Assembly (NCBI GenBank): GCA_011523825.1
Contig: WTFX01000026.1
Location: 96,834 to 160,833, forward strand
DNA: 64,000 bases
DNA from: Microthrixaceae bacterium
GTDB taxonomy: Bacteria; Actinomycetota; Acidimicrobiia; Acidimicrobiales; Poriferisodalaceae
Reading direction: 5' to 3'
Shown piece by piece: positions 19,112 to 28,507 of the stretch. Each line of letters opens with the position of its first letter. Position 1 is the stretch's first letter. The position numbers and the translations under genes were made by a program. Below the pieces are notes generated by a model. The model searched no databases, was not told the origin of the DNA, and saw only the letters and a list, made by a program, of their open reading frames with translations.

Positions 19112-20077
19112 TCAGGCGGCGGGCTGATCGGCGAGCAGACCACGGGTCGATTGGGCGACGATGTCGGCCACTTCCCGGTTTCGTTCAAGCAGAGCGTCGA
19201 TGCGTTCGAACCTGCACAGCACGGCGGGCATGGCACTCTCGCGCAGCATCGGGAGCCCCATGCCGTTCGTTGCAATAGGACCGAACATTAGTTCCAAACC
19301 GTCCGCGATATCGGTGGCGAGCTTCTGACCGGCGCGGCTCACGAAGTGGCGACCCTGGAAATAGCTGACCGAGGGCGCAGCCGGCTTGATCTCGAAGCCG
19401 ATGTAGACGGCGGCACCGAATCGGTTGACCTGTGCGGCTTGTGTTGACCAATCTGGATGGTGAACGGCCAGCACCTCGGCTCCGTTGCGCCCGATCTCGC
19501 GCCGCACTGACGCCGTGACGGGTTCGAGGCCGCCGGCTTGGCCCACGGCGATGCGCCGTCCGATCAACTGGCCGCCGGCGGACTCCAAACGCTGCCGTTC
19601 AGTGATGTGGGCGACGACCGATGCGTCGCCGAGCGGCCGCACCAGCTGCTGCAGCGTCTGCAGGGTCCGGCCACCGCAGACGCCATCACCGCCCAAGCTC
19701 ATGTTCGTCTGGAAATCGGCGAGTGCTGCAGCGGTCAGTGGGCCCCAGATCCCATCGATGCGCCCGACAGAAAACCCCAGCGTGCTGAGCATTCGCTGCA
19801 CCTCGGCAACGTCATCGCCCCGCAGGTGCGGGGTGCGCAGGTACAGGAAACGGTCTCCCAGCCGCTGGCCCGCCTCGATCAGCAGTCCCCACGTCTCGGG
19901 GCCGCAGATGCCGTCGACATCGATAGACCGTTGTGCTTGGAATGCCTTGACAGACTCAGCCGTCGCCAAGTCAAAGATGCCGGTGACCGGGCCGTGCCAG
20001 TGACCAGTCGCGGTCAGCCGATGCTGGAGGTCTCGAACGTGCGGACCTGCCGCGCCGACGCCGAATGGTCGGATCAG
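19112..20077 (-). CDS. cwlM: CwlM-like protein: two peptidoglycan-binding domains plus an N-acetylmuramoyl-L-alanine amidase domain
   Basis: The PG_binding_1 pattern occurs twice (…[50 protein letters not shown]… and …[34 protein letters not shown]…). The first domain begins upstream of the track start (TTG 19969). The only in-frame initiator is CTG at 20077-20075, which overlaps the trxA TGA (CTGA). Confidence 0.8.
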   Translation of the reverse strand: MIRPFGVGAAGPHVRDLQHRLTATGHWHGPVTGIFDLATAESVKAFQAQRSIDVDGICGPETWGLLIEAGQRLGDRFLYLRTPHLRGDDVAEVQRMLSTLGFSVGRIDGIWGPLTAAALADFQTNMSLGGDGVCGGRTLQTLQQLVRPLGDASVVAHITERQRLESAGGQLIGRRIAVGQAGGLEPVTASVRREIGRNGAEVLAVHHPDWSTQAAQVNRFGAAVYIGFEIKPAAPSVSYFQGRHFVSRAGQKLATDIADGLELMFGPIATNGMGLPMLRESAMPAVLCRFERIDALLERNREVADIVAQSTRGLLADQPAA

Positions 20078-20397
20078 AGGAACTCGCCGATCTCAGCCAG
20101 CAGGGCGCTCTTCGGCTTGGCGCCGACGAGCCGCTTGGCCGGCTCGCCGTCCCGGAACATGATGAGCGTCGGAATGCTCATCACCTGGTAGCGCATGGCC
20201 AAGTCGGGACTCTCGTCGACATTGACCTTGGCGATGCGGATGTTGTCGTGCTCGGAGGCGATCTCCTCGAGAATAGGGGCAATCATCTTGCACGGTCCGC
20301 ACCACTCGGCCCAGAAATCCACCAGCACAGGGCTGTCAGCACTTCCGACGGTCTCGTCGAATGTGCTGTCGTCCAAGGTGGAAATGCCTTCGGCCAT
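20074..20397 (-). CDS. trxA: Thioredoxin
   Basis: Contains [18 protein letters not shown] (WCGPC active site). Length is 107 aa. Confidence 0.95.
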   Translation of the reverse strand: MAEGISTLDDSTFDETVGSADSPVLVDFWAEWCGPCKMIAPILEEIASEHDNIRIAKVNVDESPDLAMRYQVMSIPTLIMFRDGEPAKRLVGAKPKSALLAEIGEFL

Positions 20398-20542
20398 CGC
20401 TGGCTCCTCATCTCGTGTTTGCCGCGAGGCTACCGCTGCGGTCTCGTCTGACGGCGGTGGACGCCGGTTGCTTCCCGCTCTTGTTCGCTGCGCTCACGGG
20501 ACGCTCGGGCCACGTCTTCGCCTACCGGCTCAGCCTCGGGTC

Positions 20543-21574
20543 TCAGTGACCTTGGGCTTCGAGCCATCGCTCAGCGTCGATGGCGGCTTGGCAGCCCGAG
20601 CCGGCGGCTGTGACTGCTTGGCGGTAGTAGTCGTCTTGCACATCGCCGCAGGCGAAGACGCCTTCGATGTTCGTGCGCGCGCTGCCGGCCTCGGTCACGA
20701 GATAGCCGTTGGGCTTGCGTTCGAGCCAATCCGCGAACAGTTCGGTGTTCGGTCGATGCCCGATCGCGACGAACAGGCCTGAGACGTCGAGCGGTGAACG
20801 CTGTTTGGTCTGCGTGTCCTCGAGCATGACGCCCTCGAGGCGCTCGTCGCCCAGGATCTCCACCACCTGCCGGTTCCACAAGAACTCGATCCGCTCGTTG
20901 GCGAAGGCCCGATCCTGCATGATCTTCGAAGCGCGCAACTCGTCGCGTCGATGCACGATGTACACCTTTGCTGCGAATCGCGTCAGGAAGGTGGCCTCTT
21001 CGAGTGCGCTGTCGCCGCCGCCCACCACCGCGATCTCCTGACCCCGGAAGAAGAAGCCGTCACAGGTGGCGCAGGTGGACACGCCGTGACCGATGAGACG
21101 CTCCTCATTGGGCAGCTCGAGCAGCAAGCTCTGCGCTCCGGTGGACACGATCACCGTGCGGCTGCGATAGCACGTATCGCCGACCCATATTGAGAACGGT
21201 TGTTCGTCAAAATCGACCTTGGTGGCTTTGGCGGTCAGGAATTCTGCACCGAAGCGTTCTGCCTGAGCCCGGAAGCTCGCCATCAGGTCAGGTCCCAGAA
21301 CGCCATCGGGGAATCCGGGATAGTTCTCGACATCGGTGGTCAGCATGAGCTGTCCGCCCGGCTGGTCACTGGTGGAAGACGGCTCGCCCTCGATCACGAG
21401 CGGCCGCAGATTTGCCCGCGCGGTGTAGATGGCAGCAGTAAGACCGGCCGGGCCGCTCCCGACGATAATGACGTCGCGTGGAGCGGCGTCAGGAGGCCCG
21501 GCGTCGCGTGTAGCGGCGTCAGGAGGCCCGGCGTCGCGTGGAGCGGCGTCAGGAGATCCAGCGTTGCTGCTCAC
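20543..21574 (-). CDS. trxB: Thioredoxin-disulfide reductase
   Basis: Contains VIIVGSGPAGLTAAIYTARA, the redox-active CATCDG, and VVGGGDSALEEATFL. The start is set at GTG 21574 (after GAGGGA), which overlaps the upstream TGA as GTGA. The N-terminal extension carries a 10-aa tandem repeat. Confidence 0.92.
   Translation of the reverse strand: MSSNAGSPDAAPRDAGPPDAATRDAGPPDAAPRDVIIVGSGPAGLTAAIYTARANLRPLVIEGEPSSTSDQPGGQLMLTTDVENYPGFPDGVLGPDLMASFRAQAERFGAEFLTAKATKVDFDEQPFSIWVGDTCYRSRTVIVSTGAQSLLLELPNEERLIGHGVSTCATCDGFFFRGQEIAVVGGGDSALEEATFLTRFAAKVYIVHRRDELRASKIMQDRAFANERIEFLWNRQVVEILGDERLEGVMLEDTQTKQRSPLDVSGLFVAIGHRPNTELFADWLERKPNGYLVTEAGSARTNIEGVFACGDVQDDYYRQAVTAAGSGCQAAIDAERWLEAQGH
21471..21560. 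repeat. 30-bp tandem repeat (about 3 units) in the trxB 5' end
   Basis: The unit (A/G)CGTCGCGTG(G/T)AGCGGCGTCAGGAGGCCCG occurs at 21471, 21501 and 21531, and the third copy diverges at its end. It encodes PDAAPRDAGP / PDAATRDAGP / PDAAPRD. Confidence 0.85.
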
Positions 21575-21900
21575 GATTCCCTCGCCGCGCGCGGTCGCCG
21601 CTTGGACCACGCCCATGCTCCGGCACCGCCGAATACACCGCCGGCGATCAGGTGCGCGGACCACACGTCGCCCGGCACTGCGATGTCGAGTGCCCTGATC
21701 GCCGCAATGGCCAGCAGCACCACGACTCCGACCGCTGCGGTAACGATCACCAGGCCGTACACCAGTGCTCGCGCGGCCGTGATCAGCGGTCCACTCGTCC
21801 GGGCACGCACGGCGTCGACGGCATCGGTGAACCGAGCGACGGCTGCGTCGATGCTGTCGTCGGGCGTCTCGCCGGAGCCCTTCGAGCGTTTCGAGATCAT
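21571..21900 (-). CDS. Small membrane protein with two predicted TM helices, function unknown
   Basis: Reads MISKRSKGSGETPDD...LVYGLVIVTAAVGVVVLLAIAAI...HLIAGGVFGGAGAWAW. Codon bias is good, and it is translationally coupled to trxB. Confidence 0.55.
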   Translation of the reverse strand: MISKRSKGSGETPDDSIDAAVARFTDAVDAVRARTSGPLITAARALVYGLVIVTAAVGVVVLLAIAAIRALDIAVPGDVWSAHLIAGGVFGGAGAWAWSKRRPRAARES

Positions 21901-21933
21901 CGGCGGAAGCCTAGAAGCATCTTGGCTTGACCT

Positions 21934-23439
21934 CTAGGGCGTGACGGCGTCGGTGCTGGGTGGTGCTTCGACCCCGCTGATGGTGGTGGCGACTTCGATG
22001 CGGGAAACCGTGACCCGATGCCCGCCGTTGGGCAACTCGTCGCCGAGATCGGTGATCCATACGAGCAGAGCAGCGGCCTCGGCGGCGGGCACATCCAGCG
22101 TCGTGGAACCGGTGATGTCCTGCGCTGTCGCAACTGGGTTTCCCCAATCGATCAGCGTGCGATTGCGCTCGCTTGATGCGTACAGTTCGAAGGACCAGCC
22201 GACAGTGGGGGAATCGATCACCAAGCGCTCGACCGAGTGTGGCTCGTCGCCGTACAGCACGACGATCAGCCCGACGCCGTCCTTGAGCCCGCCGAAGTCC
22301 CGGGTGTTGTAGCGCGCGGTGCTCCAGCCGGTACTCGGATCGCCGTCGTTGATGAAGATGAGGCGTTCAGGATGCTCGATCCGGTCGTCGCCGGCCGGGT
22401 CGAAGTCGGTGATCGACTCCAGCAGGATCGGTACTCGGCGAACCTGGGTTGTCGTCGGTGCCGGCGGGGCTGTCGGCACCGTCTGCGGAGCGGCAGTCAC
22501 CGCGGTTGCGGTCGCAGTTGCCGACGGCACCACCGTGACGACGGGCTGGGTACCAGCGGCTGGGACCGTGGTCACCGGGGGCGGTGATGTTTCCGTGGCG
22601 GGTTCGGACGGCTGCCCGATGACCAACGCGACCCCGACAAGCGTGGCGGCTGCCGCCACCAGAATGCCGACGGGTGCAAGCCAGTGTCGTTCTGCCTGCC
22701 ATACCGACCTGCGATCAGTGCTTGCACCGTTGGTTGCCGGCAGCTCGTCGACGACTGACCGCAGTGCGAGCAGCATCGACGGGAGATCGGGCCACGGATC
22801 CGATGCGCTGATGGCCCGTGCCAGCACCGGGGCCACGACATCAGGCACAACTGGGTCGAGTTCCCAGGTGCCGTCGGGTCGCCGCTGAGGCGCCGCCCCG
22901 ACGACGAGTCGGTGCGCGAGCACGGCGATCGATGCCAGATCAGCGCGCCGTGTGGCGGGAATGGTGACGGCATCGTCGGTGGGCGGACCGTTGAGAATGA
23001 CCCAGCCCACCTCAGCGCGCCACCCGATGTACTCGGCGTCGACGCCGCCGTGGGCGAAGCCCGCGCTGTGCAGAACAGCCAGCGCCTCGGTCACCGCGAT
23101 GACTATGCGGATCGCTTCGGTCGCAGCGAGGCGCCTGGTGTCTCCATTGGGTGCCGCGAGCTCGTCGGTGAGCATTCTCGTGGGCAGTTGCTCGGTGACG
23201 ATCGCAAAATGGTCTGCTTCGTCGTAGGTGTCGAGGATGTGCAGCAAACCGTGGTGCTCCACCCGCGCCAGTGCCTTGGCCTGCAGGCGCAGACGGTGAC
23301 CTATCTCGCTGTCGGCAGTTGCCCGGCGAATCGTGACCGGTCGATTGAGCGTGCGATCCAAGCCGGACCACGTCTCGACTGCGCCCGGCTGCAGCAGCTC
23401 GTGCCGCTCGTACCGTTCGTTCGAGCCGGAGTCGGTCAC
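21934..23439 (-). CDS. Pseudokinase-TM-extracellular sugar-binding-like protein (equivalent to the C-terminal part of mycobacterial MviN)
   Basis: It has a kinase-like fold with degenerate motifs: VTIR replaces VAIK, AHGGVD replaces HRD, and there is no DFG. A Pro/Thr-rich TM segment follows, then a C-terminal discoidin/CBM-like region. The GTG start overlaps the degV TGA. Confidence 0.65.
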   Translation of the reverse strand: MTDSGSNERYERHELLQPGAVETWSGLDRTLNRPVTIRRATADSEIGHRLRLQAKALARVEHHGLLHILDTYDEADHFAIVTEQLPTRMLTDELAAPNGDTRRLAATEAIRIVIAVTEALAVLHSAGFAHGGVDAEYIGWRAEVGWVILNGPPTDDAVTIPATRRADLASIAVLAHRLVVGAAPQRRPDGTWELDPVVPDVVAPVLARAISASDPWPDLPSMLLALRSVVDELPATNGASTDRRSVWQAERHWLAPVGILVAAAATLVGVALVIGQPSEPATETSPPPVTTVPAAGTQPVVTVVPSATATATAVTAAPQTVPTAPPAPTTTQVRRVPILLESITDFDPAGDDRIEHPERLIFINDGDPSTGWSTARYNTRDFGGLKDGVGLIVVLYGDEPHSVERLVIDSPTVGWSFELYASSERNRTLIDWGNPVATAQDITGSTTLDVPAAEAAALLVWITDLGDELPNGGHRVTVSRIEVATTISGVEAPPSTDAVTP

Positions 23440-24287
23440 TCCTTCGTAACGAAGACCACGCCGATGGTGCCGACACCTGCGTGTGCTCCGACGACGGGAC
23501 CGATCAGCATCACCCTGGGCTCCGTGTCGGTGAGCGGTGCGATCCGTGCCACGAAGTCGTCGACGTCGTCACAATCGGCGTGCATCACCGCGATCTGGGA
23601 GATGTTCGGACCTTCTGCAGCCACCAGATCGACCAGGTGCGCGAGTGCGCGAGTGCGCGTTCGCTGCTTGCCCGCTGGCTCGACGCGGCCGTCGGTGACC
23701 GTGATCAAGGGCTTGATCGACAGCACCGAGCCCAGCAGCGATTGCGCAGCGCCGATGCGGCCGCCCTTGCGCAGATTCTCCAAGGTGTCCAGAGCGGCGT
23801 GAACGCGGACTCGCTGCACTGTCTCCCGTACGGCGCCGGCAATCTGCGACCCATCGGCACCGGTGGCGGCGAGTTCGGCGGCAGCGATGACCAGCAGCCC
23901 GAGACCGGCACTGACCGTTCGGCTGTCCACCACATGGCAGGTGAGTCCGCTCGGGAGTTCCGATGCCGCCTGTTGAGCGGCTTCGATCGTTGCAGAGAGA
24001 TCCCCGCTCAGCGTGATCACGACGACCTCGGCCGCGCCGGCGTCTGCGGCGCGCTGGTATGCCTGCGCGAAGGCACCGGGGGAGGGAGCGGCGGTGGACG
24101 GGAGCTCGTCGCTGGCTCGGCAGCGTTTCCAGAAGTCGGCCGTGCTGAGCTCCTCGCGATCGGTGAACGACTGCATGCCGAACCTGATCTCCAACGGAAC
24201 CACCGTGATGCCAAGGCCTGTGGCGACCTCTTCGCTGAGGTCGCAGGAACTGTCGGTGATGATGTGCACTGGGCCTTGCGCTGTCAT
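23436..24287 (-). CDS. DegV family fatty-acid-binding protein
   Basis: Reads VHIITDSSCDLSEEV...ITVVPLEIRF...PSTAAPSPGAF...VVITLSGDLSAT...SVLSIKPLITV.... Its ATG overlaps the murJ TGA (ATGA). Confidence 0.85.
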   Translation of the reverse strand: MTAQGPVHIITDSSCDLSEEVATGLGITVVPLEIRFGMQSFTDREELSTADFWKRCRASDELPSTAAPSPGAFAQAYQRAADAGAAEVVVITLSGDLSATIEAAQQAASELPSGLTCHVVDSRTVSAGLGLLVIAAAELAATGADGSQIAGAVRETVQRVRVHAALDTLENLRKGGRIGAAQSLLGSVLSIKPLITVTDGRVEPAGKQRTRTRALAHLVDLVAAEGPNISQIAVMHADCDDVDDFVARIAPLTDTEPRVMLIGPVVGAHAGVGTIGVVFVTKE

Positions 24288-26056
24288 TGCAGCAGACCTC
24301 CTTCATTGTCATTCGGGGACTGGTCAGGGTCGGCTTCGTCGGCGCCGTGCGAACGCTGCGCGCGCTCCGGCGCCATGCGGGACAGTTGCGAAGTTAGTGC
24401 TCGGGCCGCTGGCAGCCGGAGCGCTAGCCCGCATCCGAGGTGAACTCCCGCCATGGTCAAGCCGGCTATCGCGACTCGCAGCACGGACGGCACTGGTGCC
24501 AGCACGAGCGTGACCCCCAGACCGACCACGAACGTCACGACTGCAGGCACCAGGTGACGCGCAATCGCGCCCCCGAACAGTCGCCCCCCCGGCCAATCGG
24601 CCTGGGTTGGCATGCCGGCCCTGGCGGGACGGCGTTGCAGCACTGCTCGACGCAGCAAGCCCAGCTCGACCCATGCGCCCACCGCCGCACCGAGCGCCAG
24701 ACCCACCGCGCCCAGGCGAGCCGGCAGTGCCGGATCTGAACGGATCCCCGCATCCAGCAGCGACCATGTGGACTCCAGCGAGAACAGATCGATGTCGCCG
24801 AATCCGGTGAGGGCGCCCTCGATCACGAGCACCCGGTCCAGCGGCAGCATCAGTGCCGCGCCGACCGCCAGCGAGACAGCCAGCCGGATCGCTGCGATGG
24901 TGGCCGCCGTGCGAGTGTCGCGCGCGGCGAACAGGACGTTCTGGCACAGCCTCGATGCCACGAGAGGCACCAGTCCGAGCGAGTAGGCGCCGAGCACCAA
25001 GGCGATCAGGGTGATGTCGTCGTCTGCGATCGCCGTGCGCAGCCCGGCGAGATTGAACACCGAATCGGTGAGCGGGCCGCCTGCCGCGAAGTAGATCGCC
25101 ACCACGCCGGATATGCCGAAGGCAGTCGCGCACAGTCGCTCAGACGTGCGTTCGGCAATCGTGGCCGGTTCGCGGATCCGACTCAGCTCGGTCAGCTCGG
25201 CGGCGGCGATGCTGGTGCCGATCAGGCTCAGCGGCAGCAGGTAGAGCGTCTGCGCAGCGGCCATCGCTGCTGCGGCTCCCACGCTGAGCAGTGAGGCCAG
25301 CGCGAGATCCAAGAAGGCGGAGATCTGCAGTACCCCGCGACCGGCCACCGCTGGCCCGAACCGCTTGATGACCCCGGCGGCTTGCGGCTCCCGCCAACCG
25401 AAGTTCAGGGAGATCCGCGGGTCGGCTCGCCAGACGCCTCGCAACTGCACGAGCACTTGGGCCGCTGCGCCCGCAGTCACGCCCCAGGCCAATGCCGTGG
25501 CGCGGTCGGCTCCCGCCACCCCCCATGCGAGCACGCCGACCAACACGGCGATCTGGGTCGCGTTCCACACCACTGGCGCCACATAGGAGAGGAAGAAGCG
25601 CCGGTGGCTGTTGAGCACCCCGAGGCACCAGGCGCTGAGCACTGCCAACGCCGTGCCGCACACCGTGATGCGCACGAGCGTGACCGTGAGCTCGAAGCGC
25701 TCGCCCACAAACCCCCAGGCGATGAGCCGCACCAAGGGACGCGCGGCAAAAATGCTGATCAGCGCAGCGGCCGCGGTGACTGCGACCAGGAATGTGGCAA
25801 TGGCGCCGGCCAATCGTCCGGCTGCGCGCTCGTCGCGCTCAGTCAGCGAGCTGTAGGCGGGAACGAATGCTCCCGACAGCGCACCTTCGCCGAGCAGGTT
25901 CTGGAGGAAGTTCGGGATGCGCATCGCGGCGGCGAAGGCGTCGCCGATGGTGCCGATCCCGAGAACATTGGTGACGAGCGCCGTGCGAGCGAGACCTGAC
26001 AGGCGTGAGACGCCGATGCCGGCTGCTGCCGCCGCGGCGCCCTGCTGTCGGCGCAT
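24284..26056 (-). CDS. murJ: Lipid II flippase MurJ/MviN (flippase domain only)
   Basis: Contains LSGLARTALVTNVLGIGTIGDAFAAAMRIPNFLQNLLGEGALSGAFVPAYS. It is polytopic, 590 aa long, and lacks a kinase-like tail. Confidence 0.9.
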   Translation of the reverse strand: MRRQQGAAAAAAGIGVSRLSGLARTALVTNVLGIGTIGDAFAAAMRIPNFLQNLLGEGALSGAFVPAYSSLTERDERAAGRLAGAIATFLVAVTAAAALISIFAARPLVRLIAWGFVGERFELTVTLVRITVCGTALAVLSAWCLGVLNSHRRFFLSYVAPVVWNATQIAVLVGVLAWGVAGADRATALAWGVTAGAAAQVLVQLRGVWRADPRISLNFGWREPQAAGVIKRFGPAVAGRGVLQISAFLDLALASLLSVGAAAAMAAAQTLYLLPLSLIGTSIAAAELTELSRIREPATIAERTSERLCATAFGISGVVAIYFAAGGPLTDSVFNLAGLRTAIADDDITLIALVLGAYSLGLVPLVASRLCQNVLFAARDTRTAATIAAIRLAVSLAVGAALMLPLDRVLVIEGALTGFGDIDLFSLESTWSLLDAGIRSDPALPARLGAVGLALGAAVGAWVELGLLRRAVLQRRPARAGMPTQADWPGGRLFGGAIARHLVPAVVTFVVGLGVTLVLAPVPSVLRVAIAGLTMAGVHLGCGLALRLPAARALTSQLSRMAPERAQRSHGADEADPDQSPNDNEGGLLQ

Positions 26057-26079
26057 GGTCGCGCCCGATCGCTGCCCGC

Positions 26080-26562
26080 TCAGCCGGCGAGCCGCAATTC
26101 CACTTGTTGACGGGCCTCGTCCTCGGTGACGTCCATGCTGATGGACAGTTCCGAAACGAGAATCTGCCGCGACTTCTCCAGCATCGACTTCTCGCCGGCC
26201 GACAGACCCTTGGCGTTCTCGCGCAGTGCGAGGTTCCGGACCACTTCGGCGACTTGGTAGATGTCGCCGGACTTCAGCTTCTCCTGGTGATTCTTGAAGC
26301 GCCGGCTCCAGTTGGCCGGCTCGCGGACGTCCTTCTTGGCGAGCAGCTCGAAGAGATCCTCGACGTCGTCGGTGTCGATCGGCGGTCGCATGCCGACTTC
26401 GTCGACCATGTCGGCGGGCACCTTGACGGTCAGCTCACCGTGCGCCGTCTTCAGCACCAGGTACTCGCGGACCTCGCCGAATTCGTCTCGCTCCTCGCGG
26501 GCCATGATCTCCGCTGCACCGTGGTGGGGGTAGATCACGCGGTCGCCAAGCTGAAACTTCAT
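26080..26562 (-). CDS. carD: CarD/CdnL RNA-polymerase-binding transcription regulator
   Basis: Begins MKFQLGDRVIYPHHGAAEIMAREERDEFGEVREYLVLK.... The start is set at ATG 26562; the track ORF to 26907 is over-extended. Confidence 0.9.
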   Translation of the reverse strand: MKFQLGDRVIYPHHGAAEIMAREERDEFGEVREYLVLKTAHGELTVKVPADMVDEVGMRPPIDTDDVEDLFELLAKKDVREPANWSRRFKNHQEKLKSGDIYQVAEVVRNLALRENAKGLSAGEKSMLEKSRQILVSELSISMDVTEDEARQQVELRLAG

Positions 26563-26636
26563 CGTCACCTGCGGAAGGATGCCAGAAACTCTCACTGCTG
26601 CCACCGGGCGCTGCAGCCGCGGCGGCGGGCGCCTGA

Positions 26637-27041
26637 TCAGCCGGCGCCGAGCGGGTACTTCCGGATGAGGTGATTCCAGCCGCACTCCGGGCACACCTCC
26701 AGCTCGTAGGCCATGAAGCTGCCGTTGCGCCGGGCGACACGCTGGAGCTCTGCGTCCGAGAGCACGCATTTGCCTCCGCTGCCCATGCGTGGGCCGAAGA
26801 CGTAGCCGACGATGCGCAGGTCGCCGTCGGGGCACAGCGGGCAGCGTCGGCCGAGCGGCGGGGCGGCGTTGCGAGCGGCGCGCAGCAGATCGGGGTGGGC
26901 ATCGCACGCCTCGGCACGTGACACCACGCCCGCTTCCACATCTGCGAGCAAGCGTCGCCGCCTGAGCCGGTAGTCGACCGATCCGGGTACAGCCGGAGCG
27001 GGTTCGGGTGCGATGCGAGGCTGGAGCGCCACGCGGCTCAC
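26637..27041 (-). CDS. Conserved actinobacterial small Cys-rich protein (DUF5318-like)
   Basis: The C-terminal sequence is ...CDAHPDLLRAARNAAPPLGRRCPLCPDGDLRIVGYVFGP...YELEVCPECGWNHL. The GTG start is at 27041 or 27032. The rest of track ORF 26637..27635 overlaps cca out of frame. Confidence 0.6.
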   Translation of the reverse strand: MSRVALQPRIAPEPAPAVPGSVDYRLRRRRLLADVEAGVVSRAEACDAHPDLLRAARNAAPPLGRRCPLCPDGDLRIVGYVFGPRMGSGGKCVLSDAELQRVARRNGSFMAYELEVCPECGWNHLIRKYPLGAG

Positions 27042-27072
27042 GCTAGTGCGCGGGCTCAAATGCCCCCGGCCC

Positions 27073-28461
27073 CTAGTGCTCGCGGCCCTGGTTCCAGGCG
27101 GTGAGCAGTTCGCAGGCCCTTTCGGCATCCAATGGGCCGTGCTCGATCTGCTGAGTGCGCAGCCATGCCAGTGCTTCGCCGACTGCAGGACCTGAGGTCC
27201 CGAGCAGCTCCATGACGCGACGACCGTCGATCGGCAGACGTCGGAGGCTGGCACCTTCGCCGGCTCGAACCTCGGCCAGCCCTGAGGCGAACGGCTCCTG
27301 GACGGCCCGGCCCCACGCAGCCGAGCTGGCTGCTGCTGCGTCCAGCTCCGGCTCGTGATCGGCGACCAGCTGCCGTGCGAGGCGTCGGCCAGCCGCGTGG
27401 TCGGTTCCGACTGTCGCCCCCGCAGCGGCGGCAGCAGCCTCGAGTGCTCGGGCCGCGCCGAGGATCGCTGCAGCCTTCCTGCGGGTCGCGTTGTCGCAGC
27501 GCAGCGCAGACAGGCATCGGGTTGCGCCGGCTTCGTCGCACACGGGTCCGAGCAGGATGGCCCAGCGCAGGGCGACCAGGTCGCCGAGATGAGCAACGTC
27601 GTCCAGCGCGGCAGCCGGCACTGCGGCATCGGCATGCTGCCATGGCGGCAGGAGATCTCCCAGCAGGCCCGTGTGTTCCAGGAAGCGGACGCCGGCCGAG
27701 GGCTGGGGCAGTTCGAGCAGCTTCGTGAGCTCGGCCTCGATGCGCTCGCGCGACACGATGGCCAACCGTGCGCGCGAGCTGCGCACCGCCGCGACGAGTT
27801 CCGGCGTAGCGACGAGCGAGAGCTGCGCGCTGAACCGGGCCGCGCGCAGCATCCGCAGCGGGTCGTCGGCGAACAGGCCCTCCGGTGACGATGGCGTGCG
27901 CAGCACGCCGTCCGCGAGATCCCTCATGCCGTCGAACGGGTCGAGCAGCGCCCAGCCGGGGAGTTCGATCGCCATGGCGTTGACGGTGAAGTCGCGCCGG
28001 CTCAGATCCATAGCGACATCGTCGGAGAAACGCACGTGCGGCTTGCGCGAGCCGCGGTCGTAGGACTCGGCCCGATGGGTGGTGATCTCCACGGTTGTGC
28101 TGCCCCGGCGCGCGCCGATGGTGCCGAAACGCTTCCCCTGATCCCAGACGGTGTCTGCCCAGCCGGCCGCCAGCACTGCTATCTGGTCCGGCGTGGCATC
28201 AGTCGTGATGTCGATGTCGCCGGTCAGGCCGTGGCCGAGCAGCGCATCGCGAACGAGTCCACCGACGAGGAAGAACCGATGCCCCGCGCCGGCGAACGCT
28301 GCCGCCAGCGGTTCGATTCGTTCCAGGAGCGCTCGCCGGTCATCATTGCTCAGCACCTGTGTGCCCGGCTGTGGCCCCCGAGCCGGGGTCGATCCCGCAG
28401 GGTTCGATGTCACCGCGTCGAGCGTACAAATCGGTCGGCAGCCGCTGAGTCCCGGACCCAA
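27073..28461 (-). CDS. cca: CCA-adding tRNA nucleotidyltransferase (PcnA-type)
   Basis: Contains FLVGGLVRDALLGHGLTGDIDITTDATP...RFGTIG...TTHRAESY...DLSRRDFTVNAMA. The start is uncertain (TTG 28461 or GTG 28413). Confidence 0.85.
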   Translation of the reverse strand: MGPGLSGCRPICTLDAVTSNPAGSTPARGPQPGTQVLSNDDRRALLERIEPLAAAFAGAGHRFFLVGGLVRDALLGHGLTGDIDITTDATPDQIAVLAAGWADTVWDQGKRFGTIGARRGSTTVEITTHRAESYDRGSRKPHVRFSDDVAMDLSRRDFTVNAMAIELPGWALLDPFDGMRDLADGVLRTPSSPEGLFADDPLRMLRAARFSAQLSLVATPELVAAVRSSRARLAIVSRERIEAELTKLLELPQPSAGVRFLEHTGLLGDLLPPWQHADAAVPAAALDDVAHLGDLVALRWAILLGPVCDEAGATRCLSALRCDNATRRKAAAILGAARALEAAAAAAGATVGTDHAAGRRLARQLVADHEPELDAAAASSAAWGRAVQEPFASGLAEVRAGEGASLRRLPIDGRRVMELLGTSGPAVGEALAWLRTQQIEHGPLDAERACELLTAWNQGREH

Positions 28462-28507
28462 GCGGCCGGCGATTACGCGGTACCCGAATTGAAGTAGCTT
28501 GAGCCGG

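Noticed and set aside
26637-27643. Two ORFs of 332 aa and 195 aa overlapping the 3' part of cca on the same strand.
   Set aside because: cca (frame of 27073-28461) carries the nucleotidyltransferase motifs. Only the last ~134 codons of the 332-aa ORF, downstream of the cca stop, look like a real conserved Cys-rich protein.
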